Origin: Bacteroidales bacterium
GTDB taxonomy: Bacteria; Bacteroidota; Bacteroidia; Bacteroidales; WCHB1-69
DNA length: 64,000 nucleotides
Direction of reading: 5' to 3'
NCBI GenBank assembly: GCA_017615595.1
Contig: JAFZZT010000014.1
Location: 228-64,227, forward strand
Part shown: one piece after another, positions 52,543-61,337 of the stretch
Position numbering within the stretch: the first letter of the stretch is position 1
Layout of the letters: each line of letters begins with the position of its first letter
The notes under the pieces: model-generated
Seen by the model: the letters and a program-made list of their open reading frames with translations, nothing else
Told to the model about the DNA's origin: nothing
Database searches by the model: none
Translations under genes and position numbers: made by a program

Positions 52543-53841
52543 CTACTCTACCGGAATATCGGTATTGACATTCTTGGAGCCCCAAAGGGCATAGAAGAGG
52601 ATGTAGGCGGCGCAAGCCAGCACCACGAAGAAGCTGGTCATGTAGCTGCCTGTAATGTCGGCGAGCCAGCCCTGGAGACCCAGCACGATGGCGAAACCGA
52701 ACACCATAGTCATGAAGGCACCGGAAGCGATAGCCGTGTATTTACCCAGTCCTTCGGTAGCCAGGTTGAAGATGGCTCCCCACATCACAGAGGAGCACAG
52801 GCCCACGAGGATGAAGGCGAAGATGCCAATTGGCACTTGCGCCCAGATCACGGAGAGATTGGCCCAGTCAATACCGGGAACCTTGACCATGATGGAGCTG
52901 GGGGCGAACATACCAAAGGCAACGAGCGCCACGGCCAAGCCGGACACGGTAGCCAACATGGTCTTCGTGGAGACCTTTCCGCCGACGGCACCACCGATAA
53001 AGCGGCCAATGAGCATCATCAGCCAATAGACAGCCACAATGAGGCCAACCACAGTGCCATCCATACCAAGTCCTGGCGTGGCGGCATCCGGGGCAGCTGT
53101 CATATACTGCATCATGTAGGTGGGAGGACCCACTTCCACAGAGCCATACAAGAAAATGGCCAGAATGCCCAGCTTGAAATGACGGAAGGAGAAGGCGCTG
53201 TACTTGTCTTTCGGCGCGTTGGCGTCCTTCAGTTCCACCGGTTGTTGCGGCTCCTCAATTTTAGTGAAGAGGATCACGATGAAGGCGACCACAAAGATGG
53301 CCAGGGCAATCATCAACGCGGGGGTGGCATCGGCGATCTTAGCCTTGGTGGCCTCACCGATCAGAGCGCCCATGATGATATATACAGCCACGGCTGCAGC
53401 GGAGTTGAAGACACCGCCGATCTGGATCAGCTGGTTGCCTTTGTTGCCGCCACCGCCTAAGAGGTTGAGCATCGGGTTGACGACCGTGTTCAGCATGCAC
53501 ATGCAGAAGCCGGCGATGAAGGCACCCACGAGATAGACGGCAAAGCTGCCGACCTGGCCGCTGAGCCATTGTACCAGGATACCGAGAATACCCACGGCCA
53601 ACGCCATCAAGGCGGTCTTCTTATAGCCAAACCGCTTGATCAGCATACCCGAAGGGATACCCATCACCAGGTAGGCGATGAAGTTGCCGTAGTTGCCAAT
53701 CTGGGACAGGAAGTTGGAGGCCCCGAACTGGTTCTTGACGATAACAGCCATCGGAGAACAGAGGTTGGTCACGAAGGCGATCATCGCAAAGAGGGCTATC
53801 ATCACAATAATAGCACCCCATTGTTTTGTTTTAGTACTCAT
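52543..53841 (-). CDS. MFS sugar transporter (FucP/GluP family), probable galactose permease
   Basis: About 12 TM helices; GILAIFLYGSVEVG and SVMWGAIFNLA; last gene of the gal operon. Confidence 0.88.
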   Translation of the reverse strand: MSTKTKQWGAIIVMIALFAMIAFVTNLCSPMAVIVKNQFGASNFLSQIGNYGNFIAYLVMGIPSGMLIKRFGYKKTALMALAVGILGILVQWLSGQVGSFAVYLVGAFIAGFCMCMLNTVVNPMLNLLGGGGNKGNQLIQIGGVFNSAAAVAVYIIMGALIGEATKAKIADATPALMIALAIFVVAFIVILFTKIEEPQQPVELKDANAPKDKYSAFSFRHFKLGILAIFLYGSVEVGPPTYMMQYMTAAPDAATPGLGMDGTVVGLIVAVYWLMMLIGRFIGGAVGGKVSTKTMLATVSGLAVALVAFGMFAPSSIMVKVPGIDWANLSVIWAQVPIGIFAFILVGLCSSVMWGAIFNLATEGLGKYTAIASGAFMTMVFGFAIVLGLQGWLADITGSYMTSFFVVLACAAYILFYALWGSKNVNTDIPVE

Positions 53842-53851
53842 TGTTGTTGTA

Positions 53852-54904
53852 TTAGAATGTTAAAAAATAAAAAATGATAGATTCGTGGTAAGTCTCACCT
53901 TCTCGTAAGATGGTGCTGTGAAAATGGGCGTGGTTGGGCGCATCGGGCAATGCCTGGCACTCCAAGGCCACACCGGAGTAGTCGTGATAGCGATGGCCGT
54001 TCTTGCCTTGCGGACAGCCCTCCAGCCAGTTGCCGGTATAGACCTGCAGACCTCGCTGGGTGGTGGCGATGCCTACCAGACGGCCAGTCCCTTCGTGAGA
54101 CAGTTGGGCCGCCATCGTCATCGTGTTGTCGTCTTTGTCGAGCACCCAGCAGCTGTCATAGCCCTTGCCGGCGCGCAGTGCGTCAAAGTCCGCGTTGATG
54201 TCCCGCCCGATGCGTTTCTCTTCGCGGAAGTCCATGGGCGTGCCCTCTACGGAGCACATCTCGCCCGTGGGGACCAGATCGTCGTCGGTGGCCAGATATT
54301 GTCCTGCGAAAACCCTCAAGTCGTGATCCAGGATGTCGCCGTCCCCCTCCCCTTTCAGGTTGAAGTAGGTGTGGTTGGTCAGATTCACGACGGTCGGCTT
54401 GTCGGTGACAGCTTGCAGGTCCACACAGAGTGTGTTAAAATCCGTTAATGTGTAGCGCACCGTGGCGGTCAGTTTGCCGGGATAGCCTTGCTCGCCGTCT
54501 GCCGCGGTGTAGGTGAAGACCACACTGTCGTCCACCACCTCGCCTTTCCACAGACGGTTGGCAAAACCCATTGCGCCGCCATGGAGGTGGTGCTTGCCAC
54601 CGGCGGTGTTCAAGTCCAGCTGATAGGTCTCGCCATCGAGGCAGAAGCGGCCATGGGCGATACGGTTGGCACTGCGCCCGGGCACCTTGCCCATGCAGGG
54701 TCCATCGCCGAAGTAGTCTTCCGGCTTGGCATAGCCCAGGACGATATCCGCCATACGGCCATCCCGGTCGGGTGTCCAGAGGCTGACAATGCCCGCCCCG
54801 ATCTCGCACAGCTGCACGCGCACGCCATGCTCGTTCTCCATCGTGAACAGCCGCACATCCTCCCCATCAGGACCCTTCCCCCAGATTTTTGTTTCAATAT
54901 GCAT
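53852..54904 (-). CDS. galM: Aldose 1-epimerase (galactose mutarotase)
   Basis: GRSANRI, HLHGG, NLTNHTYFNL, GYD and ALECQ; start MHIET. Confidence 0.95.
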   Translation of the reverse strand: MHIETKIWGKGPDGEDVRLFTMENEHGVRVQLCEIGAGIVSLWTPDRDGRMADIVLGYAKPEDYFGDGPCMGKVPGRSANRIAHGRFCLDGETYQLDLNTAGGKHHLHGGAMGFANRLWKGEVVDDSVVFTYTAADGEQGYPGKLTATVRYTLTDFNTLCVDLQAVTDKPTVVNLTNHTYFNLKGEGDGDILDHDLRVFAGQYLATDDDLVPTGEMCSVEGTPMDFREEKRIGRDINADFDALRAGKGYDSCWVLDKDDNTMTMAAQLSHEGTGRLVGIATTQRGLQVYTGNWLEGCPQGKNGHRYHDYSGVALECQALPDAPNHAHFHSTILREGETYHESIIFYFLTF

Positions 54905-54910
54905 TGATAG

Positions 54911-55010
54911 AATTGTTGAACTGTTGATTTGTTGAATTGTTGAATTGTTGAGAATCCCCTCCAACCCCTCAACTATTATCTATTATCTATAATCTATTAT
55001 CTAATATCTA
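54911..55010. repeat. Octamer array (AATTGTTG x5) plus heptamer array (ATCTATT x5-6)
   Basis: 54911-54950 and 54971-55010. Confidence 0.8.
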
Positions 55011-55919
55011 CCTGTCCCACAGTTTCTCCGGATACACTCCCCGCTCAATCAACTCCCGCACCTTGCGCATCACCTCGGGCTTGTCCTCCTTGTAGGTGAC
55101 ACCGAACCAGGAGGCGTTGCTCGACAGCACTTTCAGCTTCGCAGTACCGTCGTGAATGGCGTTGTTGACCATCAATGGGATATAGAACTCGGCCTTGATA
55201 TTGGTCTGGGCAGGGCCTTTCAGAAACTCCACAAATCCCTTCTCCGAGTACTCGAAGAAGTCGGGGGTGAAGCCGAAGAAGTTCATGGAGACCAGCGAGT
55301 CCATGTCGAGTGGATGCGAGCCTGTCTCGTCGGTATAAGCCGCGCCACCGTCTTCGGTATGGCCGATGGCGGTGCGCTCCACGATGGTCAGCAGGTTGTC
55401 GTCATCGTCGGCGGTGCAGATGCCGCGCGACACGGTGCCGTAGTCGGACATGGTGTTGCGCAGTTTGTAGGCGACCATGCTGTAGGCGCCCTTCTTGTCC
55501 TCGCACTCCCGCAGATATTGGGCCAGCACCTCGTAGGCCTCCTTGCCGTAGAAGTCGTCGGCGTTGATGGCGGCGAAGGGCTCGTGGATCACGTCCTTGG
55601 CCATGAGCACGGCATGACACGTGCCCCAGGGTTTCACGCGCCCCTCCGGGACCGTGAAGCCCGCCGGCAGCTTGTCCAGTGACTGATAGACATACTCAAC
55701 GGGGATGCCGAACTTCTCGGAGTTGTTGACCTTCTGGAACGCCTCGGCGAAGTCCTCGCGGATCACGAAGACCACCTTGCCAAAACCGGCACGTTTGGCG
55801 TCATAAATGGAATAATCGAGGATAGCCTCATTGTTGGGACCGATGCCGTCCATCTGCTTCAAAGCCCCATAACGGGAACCCAAGCCCGCGGCGAGAACTA
55901 ATAGTGTGGGAGAAAACAT
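55008..55919 (-). CDS. Sugar-phosphate nucleotidyltransferase
   Basis: LAAGLGSRYG, KPWGTCHA, INADDFYG, VSRG and WFGVTY. Confidence 0.88.
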   Translation of the reverse strand: MFSPTLLVLAAGLGSRYGALKQMDGIGPNNEAILDYSIYDAKRAGFGKVVFVIREDFAEAFQKVNNSEKFGIPVEYVYQSLDKLPAGFTVPEGRVKPWGTCHAVLMAKDVIHEPFAAINADDFYGKEAYEVLAQYLRECEDKKGAYSMVAYKLRNTMSDYGTVSRGICTADDDDNLLTIVERTAIGHTEDGGAAYTDETGSHPLDMDSLVSMNFFGFTPDFFEYSEKGFVEFLKGPAQTNIKAEFYIPLMVNNAIHDGTAKLKVLSSNASWFGVTYKEDKPEVMRKVRELIERGVYPEKLWDR

Positions 55920-55923
55920 GGTG

Positions 55924-55972
55924 AAAGTTAATAGTTAACAGATAATAGATAATAGTTGATAGATAATAGATA
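55924..55972. repeat. Heptamer array (ATAGATA/ATAGTTA x7)
   Basis: AAAGTTA ATAGTTA ACAGATA ATAGATA ATAGTTG ATAGATA ATAGATA. Confidence 0.8.
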
Positions 55973-55982
55973 CAATAGGAAA

Positions 55983-57128
55983 TTAGATTTTACGGCTTCC
56001 ATCGGAGATTATTACGTCATAGATCTTGGGTGAATGGTGGAAGCGGGCGGTGAAGAGTTCTTTGGCGGTGGCGATGAAGGTGTCGTACAGTTCCTCTTTG
56101 ACCAGGTTGATGGTGCAGCCGCCGAAACCGCCGCCCATGACGCGCGAGCCGGTGACGCCGCACTCCTTGGCCACATCGTTGAGGAAGTCCAGTTCTTCGC
56201 AGCTGACCTCGTAGAGTTTGCTCATGCCATGATGCGTGCCGTACATCTTCTCGCCCACGGTCTCATAGTCGCCTCTCTCCAGCGCCTCGCACACATCCAA
56301 CACGCGCTGTTTCTCGCCAATCACATACTCCGCACGAAGGAAGTCCTCATCGGAAATCTCGTCCCTAACCTCTTCGAGCATAGCCATGTCCGCGTCGCTC
56401 AAGTATTGCACTTCCGGGTGACGGGCCGCAATGTGACGACAGGCATTTTCGCATGACTCCCTGCGTTTGTTATAGGCTGAAGAGGCCAATTCGTGTTTCA
56501 CCACCGTATCTAACAGCACCACCTTATATCCTTTCGGATTGAATGGGAAATATTCATACTCCATCGTAGCGCAGTTGAGCCGCATCAGATGACCGGCCTT
56601 GCCGAACAGGGAAGCGAACTGGTCCATGATGCCGCATTTCACCCCGCAGTAGTTGTGTTCGGTGGACTGCCCGATACGCGCCAGCTCGAACTTGTCGATG
56701 CCTAGGGCAAGCAGGTCGTTCAGCGCGAAGGCGAAGGTGCTCTCCAATGCTGCCGACGACGACATGCCCGCACCCAGGGGAACGTCACCATAGAAGCAGG
56801 TGTCGAACCCTTGCACCGCATAACCGCGCTTCTGGATCTCACGGCACACACCGAAGATGTAGCGTGCCCATGCCTCGGCAGGTTTGTCCTCCTCCCGCAA
56901 GCCGAACTCGCAAAATTCATCATAATCGGCGGAATAGGCGCGCACACGGTCGGTTCCATTCAAGGCGATACAAGCATAGATGCCCTTGTCGATGGCGCCG
57001 GGGAAGACAAAGCCTCCATTGTAGTCAGTATGCTCGCCAATCAGGTTGATACGGCCGGGGGAAGTGTACAGCACACCCTCTCCTCCAAACCGTTGAAGAA
57101 AAAGAGATTGTAACGTTTCTATATTCAT
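55983..57128 (-). CDS. galK: Galactokinase
   Basis: PGRINLIGEHTDYN, PLGAGMSSSA, CGIMDQ and GGGFGG. Confidence 0.97.
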   Translation of the reverse strand: MNIETLQSLFLQRFGGEGVLYTSPGRINLIGEHTDYNGGFVFPGAIDKGIYACIALNGTDRVRAYSADYDEFCEFGLREEDKPAEAWARYIFGVCREIQKRGYAVQGFDTCFYGDVPLGAGMSSSAALESTFAFALNDLLALGIDKFELARIGQSTEHNYCGVKCGIMDQFASLFGKAGHLMRLNCATMEYEYFPFNPKGYKVVLLDTVVKHELASSAYNKRRESCENACRHIAARHPEVQYLSDADMAMLEEVRDEISDEDFLRAEYVIGEKQRVLDVCEALERGDYETVGEKMYGTHHGMSKLYEVSCEELDFLNDVAKECGVTGSRVMGGGFGGCTINLVKEELYDTFIATAKELFTARFHHSPKIYDVIISDGSRKI

Positions 57129-57305
57129 TATCTGTGTTAATTTCAAACGAGGGCGCAAATTAACAAAAATTTGAATTGAATGAACTCCTTATGATAAAAA
57201 AAGCTATCTTTGCCACTCTCAAAATCAGCAATGGCATTCTGGCCATTGCCTTTTGAATGATTCACCTGGTTAATACTGATTTATCTTTCTAAAAACAAGT
57301 TATTT

Positions 57306-57683
57306 ATGAAAAGAATCATCCCTACCCTCTTCATGCTGCTTTTGATAGCATGCACTGGTTGCGCCCAGACCAAAGGTTTCACCTCCATGAGCAACGAGCC
57401 CTTCGCCAAACTTATCAAGAAGAAGAGTGTCCAGCTCATCGATGTGCGCGATGCGAGACAGTACGAGAAGAGTCATATCAAAGGAGCCATCAACATCGAA
57501 TACTCCTCCAAAGGCTTCGACCGCAAACTCATGGAACTCAACAAGAGAAAACCGGTTGCCGTCTATTGCAACGCCGGAAGAAGCAGCAAATCGGCCGCCA
57601 AGAAGCTGGTGGAGATGGGCTTCAAGAAGGTGTACGAGTTGGACAAAGGATTCAAGTCGTGGGATGGCGAGAAAGAACCATAA
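57306..57683 (+). CDS. Exported rhodanese-like domain protein
   Basis: Signal/lipobox-like N-terminus; LIDVR, HIKGAINI, VYCNAGRSS and ELDKGFKSW. Confidence 0.88.
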   Translation: MKRIIPTLFMLLLIACTGCAQTKGFTSMSNEPFAKLIKKKSVQLIDVRDARQYEKSHIKGAINIEYSSKGFDRKLMELNKRKPVAVYCNAGRSSKSAAKKLVEMGFKKVYELDKGFKSWDGEKEP

Positions 57684-57702
57684 CAACCTATAGAACAACA
57701 CT

Positions 57703-59043
57703 ATGCAATATCATATCACCCAAGGATTAGACCTGAAGATAGCGGGCGCCGCGTCAGATGTGATGCTCGAATTGCCACTGTCTGACCAATTCCGTGTGTC
57801 TCCCAGCGACTTCCGCTGGCTGAAGGCCAAGCTGTTGGTCCAGCCCGGCGACCGGGTGGAGATCGGCACCCCGCTCTTTTGCGACAAGCAAGACGAGCGC
57901 ATCGTGGTTGTCTCTCCCGTAACGGGCACCGTGAAGGAGGTCGTGCGTGGCGAGAAGCGCGTCATCGAGGCCATCACCATCGACCGTGATCTGGATGCGC
58001 CCATGTCTGCCACAGTGGATTTCGAGGAGCCCGCTGATGGCGACTCCGTCCGCCGACTGCTGTTGCAGCATGGCTTGTGGTCCTGTCTGCGCCAGCGGCC
58101 CTTTGCGGTAATCCCCCAGCCGGATGTCCTGCCCAAATCGGTCTTTGTCCCCTGCTTCGACAGCAATCCCCTCGCGCCCGACTACAACGTTTTGTTGCAC
58201 GGTCAGGAGGAGAACTTCCTATATGGGTTGAAGATGCTACAACGCGCTGCAGGCACCGCACCCACGCACCTGTGCATGCGTGAAGGTGCTGACAACCAGA
58301 TCTTTGAAAAAGCGAAAGCGGTAGAAAAACACTACTTCAGCGGTCCGCACCCCGCCGGCAACGTGGGCACGCACATCCATCTGGTGGACCCCATTGACAA
58401 GGGCGACACCGTCTGGTTCATCCATCCGCAGGAGGTGGCTCGTATTGGGCAGTTCTTTGCGAAGCGAGTGCTGCAATTTAAGAAGACGGCGGCCCTGACG
58501 GGTCCAGAAGTCAGCAACACCGGCTATTTTCGCACGGTGTATGGCGCGGACCTCTCGGCGCTGTTGGCGAACAATCTCCGACAGGAGAAGGTGCGCATCA
58601 TCAGCGGCAGCGTGTTGAGCGGACGTCAATGCCAGCAGCCGCCCGTGTTGGGTTTCTACGATCAGCAGATGACGGTCATTGCGGAAGGCGGAAAGCGTGA
58701 AATTCTCGGGTGGCTGTTGCCCGGGTTGAAGAAGTGGAGCTTGTCGCGCACCTTCCTCGCCTGGCTCACGCCCAAGCGCACCTACGGCGTGGACACGACG
58801 CTGCATGGCGGCCGCCGCGCCTTCATGATGACGGACGTCTATGACAAAGTCTTCCCCCTGGACCTCCTACCCTTGCAGCTGCTCAAAGCCTGCGAGATCA
58901 AAGACATAGAGCAGATGGAGTCCCTCGGCATCTACGAAGTGGACAGCGAGGACTTCGCCCTCTGCGAGCTCGTCTGCCCCTCCAAGAAGGAGTGCCAAAG
59001 GATCGTGGAGGAAGGGATGAAAGAGATAATAGATAATAGATAA
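57703..59043 (+). CDS. nqrA: Na(+)-translocating NADH:quinone reductase subunit A (stand-alone)
   Basis: GLDLKIAG, RGEKRV, RQRPF, GPHPAGNVG, ISGSVLSG and EDFALCELVCPSK. Confidence 0.9.
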   Translation: MQYHITQGLDLKIAGAASDVMLELPLSDQFRVSPSDFRWLKAKLLVQPGDRVEIGTPLFCDKQDERIVVVSPVTGTVKEVVRGEKRVIEAITIDRDLDAPMSATVDFEEPADGDSVRRLLLQHGLWSCLRQRPFAVIPQPDVLPKSVFVPCFDSNPLAPDYNVLLHGQEENFLYGLKMLQRAAGTAPTHLCMREGADNQIFEKAKAVEKHYFSGPHPAGNVGTHIHLVDPIDKGDTVWFIHPQEVARIGQFFAKRVLQFKKTAALTGPEVSNTGYFRTVYGADLSALLANNLRQEKVRIISGSVLSGRQCQQPPVLGFYDQQMTVIAEGGKREILGWLLPGLKKWSLSRTFLAWLTPKRTYGVDTTLHGGRRAFMMTDVYDKVFPLDLLPLQLLKACEIKDIEQMESLGIYEVDSEDFALCELVCPSKKECQRIVEEGMKEIIDNR

Positions 59044-59091
59044 TAGTTAATAGTTAAGAGTTAAGAATTAGAAGTTTGGAGTTTGGAGTTG
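59022..59091. repeat. Heptamer array, 10 units, overlapping the nqrA 3' end
   Basis: AGAGATA ATAGATA ATAGATA ATAGTTA ATAGTTA AGAGTTA AGAATTA GAAGTTT GGAGTTT GGAGTTG. Confidence 0.8.
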
Positions 59092-59161
59092 GTGGGAGGT
59101 GGAAGTATTTTGAGCTTTTTCATACCTTTGCAACTAATGTAGTATCTATTTGAAGGGGCTA

Positions 59162-59263
59162 TCAAAAAGGCAGATTTGTTTTAGCGTCACCGCGATGGTT
59201 TACGCCGGTGTAGGCCAAGAAAGAATCCTCGTAGCGGCGGAATTTCAAGATGGAGTCGTTCAT
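59162..59263 (-). pseudogene. Gene 3'-region remnant, copy 1 (MNDSILKFRRYEDSFLAYTGVNH...)
   Basis: Shares GGTTTACRCCGGTGTAGG (YTGVN) with copy 3. Confidence 0.6.
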
Positions 59264-59329
59264 TTTATAAAAAGGCAATTATTTTAATTTATTGACGAAA
59301 ATTAGTATATCTGTACTGAGAAAGTCATC

Positions 59330-59515
59330 TTGTCAGCGGCCAAAGCGTATTATTTTGTATCCCTGATTGAGAATGATGGCATCACAATCGAGAAATACAA
59401 CAGTCGGCAACTGGAGCGCATGAGAGATTGGTTGTTCACGGACTACGGATACACGAAACTCAACAAGCTAAAGAAGTCAAATCCAGAGGCGTTCTTCTAT
59501 TTGTATTTGGCATAA
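59330..59515 (+). pseudogene. Unassigned short ORF or C-terminal gene fragment followed by a hairpin
   Basis: 61-aa ORF with a TTG start; hairpin AAATCATGC...GCATGATTT at 59519-59542. Confidence 0.35.
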
Positions 59516-59590
59516 CATAAATCATGCTTGTAGGCATGATTTTTCAAGCAAGCCTTGGACAGTTTTTGTGACACTAATGTACAATAAACT

Positions 59591-59656
59591 TTAATCTACC
59601 AACGCCTCTATGGGCACGGTGCTGTCCATCAGGCCGATGCGGGTATCGGTGGCGTG
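59591..59656 (-). pseudogene. Gene 3'-end remnant, copy 2 (HATDTRIGLMDSTVPIEALVD*)
   Basis: 58/63 nt identical to copy 3; four of the five differences are synonymous. Confidence 0.7.
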
Positions 59657-59703
59657 GCAAACGCTCTTATGCAGAAATGCTCAGGAGAGAAAACTAATAA
59701 TTC

Positions 59704-59895
59704 TTATACCTCGGGATGATAGAACTTGTAGATCTTTTCAGTTAACCGACGACGAGACTCTTCGAGTGGAATACATTGTGCCATTTCTTCATCGGAGATT
59801 ATCCGATAAGCGGTTTCTGCAGCAACTCCATATTCTGTGGATGGTTCATTAACCATCGGAGTTTCAGGTTCTTCTATAGGATAATCTTTTGCCAT
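59704..59895 (-). CDS. Small acidic protein, antitoxin-like
   Basis: 63 aa with VNEPSTEYG and CIPLEESRRRL; own -7 box (CAAAGATA near 59916). Confidence 0.55.
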   Translation of the reverse strand: MAKDYPIEEPETPMVNEPSTEYGVAAETAYRIISDEEMAQCIPLEESRRRLTEKIYKFYHPEV

Positions 59896-59974
59896 ATAAT
59901 TGTTTTTTTACAAGGCAAAGATACATATTTTTTTAACACCTCGTCAGTTCCGCCCGATCCCTACTTCGCCCAAG

Positions 59975-60155
59975 CCCGTCAGGGCTTCCATCTCTGTAGC
60001 ACGAGGACGTTCCTGTCCGCGTCCCACAACCCCGTATGGGGTTGCACATTGGGCACGACAATGTTTCGGCACCCCGTTGGATATGAATCTCCTACGGAGA
60101 TTTGGCACCGCACACGGGCATCCGTTTTTTCTATAGAGATGTATCCCCTGACGGG
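59975..60155. mobile_element. REPIN/PATE-like non-autonomous palindromic element
   Basis: Symmetric ends CCCGTCAGGG-n5-ATCTCTGTAG and CTATAGAGAT-n5-CCCTGACGGG; inner hairpins at 60027-44 and 60086-102. Confidence 0.6.
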
Positions 60156-60161
60156 GATATG

Positions 60162-60257
60162 TCACCCATCCACCAACGCCTCAATCGGCACGGTGCTGTC
60201 CATCAGGCCGATGCGGGTGTCGGAGGCGTGGCGGTTTACACCGGTGTAGGACAGAGA
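60162..60257 (-). pseudogene. Gene 3'-end remnant, copy 3 (SLSYTGVNRHASDTRIGLMDSTVPIEALVDG*)
   Basis: Overlaps both copy 1 and copy 2 in sequence. Confidence 0.7.
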
Positions 60258-60329
60258 GGTGCGTGACAGCGATTTAGGATTGAGTATTCGGTGGAAGGAG
60301 AAGATGTGAAAGTTATTTATGATTCCTCG

Positions 60330-61337
60330 TTATCTTAAATCATTGTCCATACAATATTTTTCAACAACAGGAATAAAACTCTCATACCAATACCATGTTT
60401 TTGCAACTTTAACACCATACGTGTTGTCTCTTTTGGCATTATTAGATTTCCAACATTGTACAAAATGATGCATATTCATTTTGGCGAAACCATTATCTTT
60501 CATTATTCTCACAATGTCTCCAGGCAGCAGTTTCTTTTTTTCTCTTTCTTTAATTAGAACGTACTCCGTATTTATTTTATCTGCCTCCTTGCTTCCTTCT
60601 TTTATGAAAGTCACAACCCTATCAGCTTGTCCTTGATTATTTGCAATTTTAGGCACATAAAAAATACGGTAAGAGTAATTTGTACTTTTGTATATATCTT
60701 CATCAAGAGATTTGTCAAATTCATCTATAAACATTGCAATATTAGTTGGAATTCCTTTTAGGTCTTTAAGCATTTCTATCTGTGGTTCAGAAAGACTCGT
60801 GAATTGAATAGACATACTCAGTTGATTTGAAATGCTATATTTTTTACCAAATAATTTCGTTATTACTTGTTCATAGTTGATGCAACACGCCTGGAATTTT
60901 GCAGATACAGCATCATCAATTTTCGTGGTCATTTGATGCTCTATTTCATGCCGTAACCCAATTAAAAAACGAAGGTTTGCCTTTGTTGGATTATTAAAAG
61001 GACATTGGGTTTCATTTAAACAACGTTCAAGTTCCCATGCTTTTAATGCACCGTACTTAGTTTTATCAAACAATCTTTTTTTCCCAGATTGCTTGAAATA
61101 GTGATATTCTATTTTCTTTTCCCTGTAATATGCGTGGCAAAGGTATGTCCATGATATTATTGCAAGGACACAAAAAGATTCTGCTTTGAAAGTTATGGCT
61201 GGATTGTTGTACATCTGAACTGCGCACAACATTGATTCTCTTGATTTTTGCAGAAGTTCAAGCTTTATTGATCCTATTTTCTTCTTTGGCATGTTATTGT
61301 ACAGTCTAAAAACATTTATAATCTCGGATTGAATCAT
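60330..61337 (-). CDS. DUF3644 (HEPN-like) domain protein
   Basis: KSRESMLCAVQMYNNP...ESF...ISWTYLCHAYY and LRHEIEH (RxxxxH); TGATG overlap with AbiH; alternative start at 61292. Confidence 0.85.
   Translation of the reverse strand: MIQSEIINVFRLYNNMPKKKIGSIKLELLQKSRESMLCAVQMYNNPAITFKAESFCVLAIISWTYLCHAYYREKKIEYHYFKQSGKKRLFDKTKYGALKAWELERCLNETQCPFNNPTKANLRFLIGLRHEIEHQMTTKIDDAVSAKFQACCINYEQVITKLFGKKYSISNQLSMSIQFTSLSEPQIEMLKDLKGIPTNIAMFIDEFDKSLDEDIYKSTNYSYRIFYVPKIANNQGQADRVVTFIKEGSKEADKINTEYVLIKEREKKKLLPGDIVRIMKDNGFAKMNMHHFVQCWKSNNAKRDNTYGVKVAKTWYWYESFIPVVEKYCMDNDLR

Noticed and set aside
54905-54964. Extended galM N-terminus (NNSTIQQINSST)
   Set aside because: It is a translation of the octamer repeat; the real start is at 54904.
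59591-60257. Repeats considered as a CRISPR array or a DGR TR/VR pair
   Set aside because: No regular repeat-spacer period; differences fall at synonymous positions and are not adenine-specific; no cas or RT gene.
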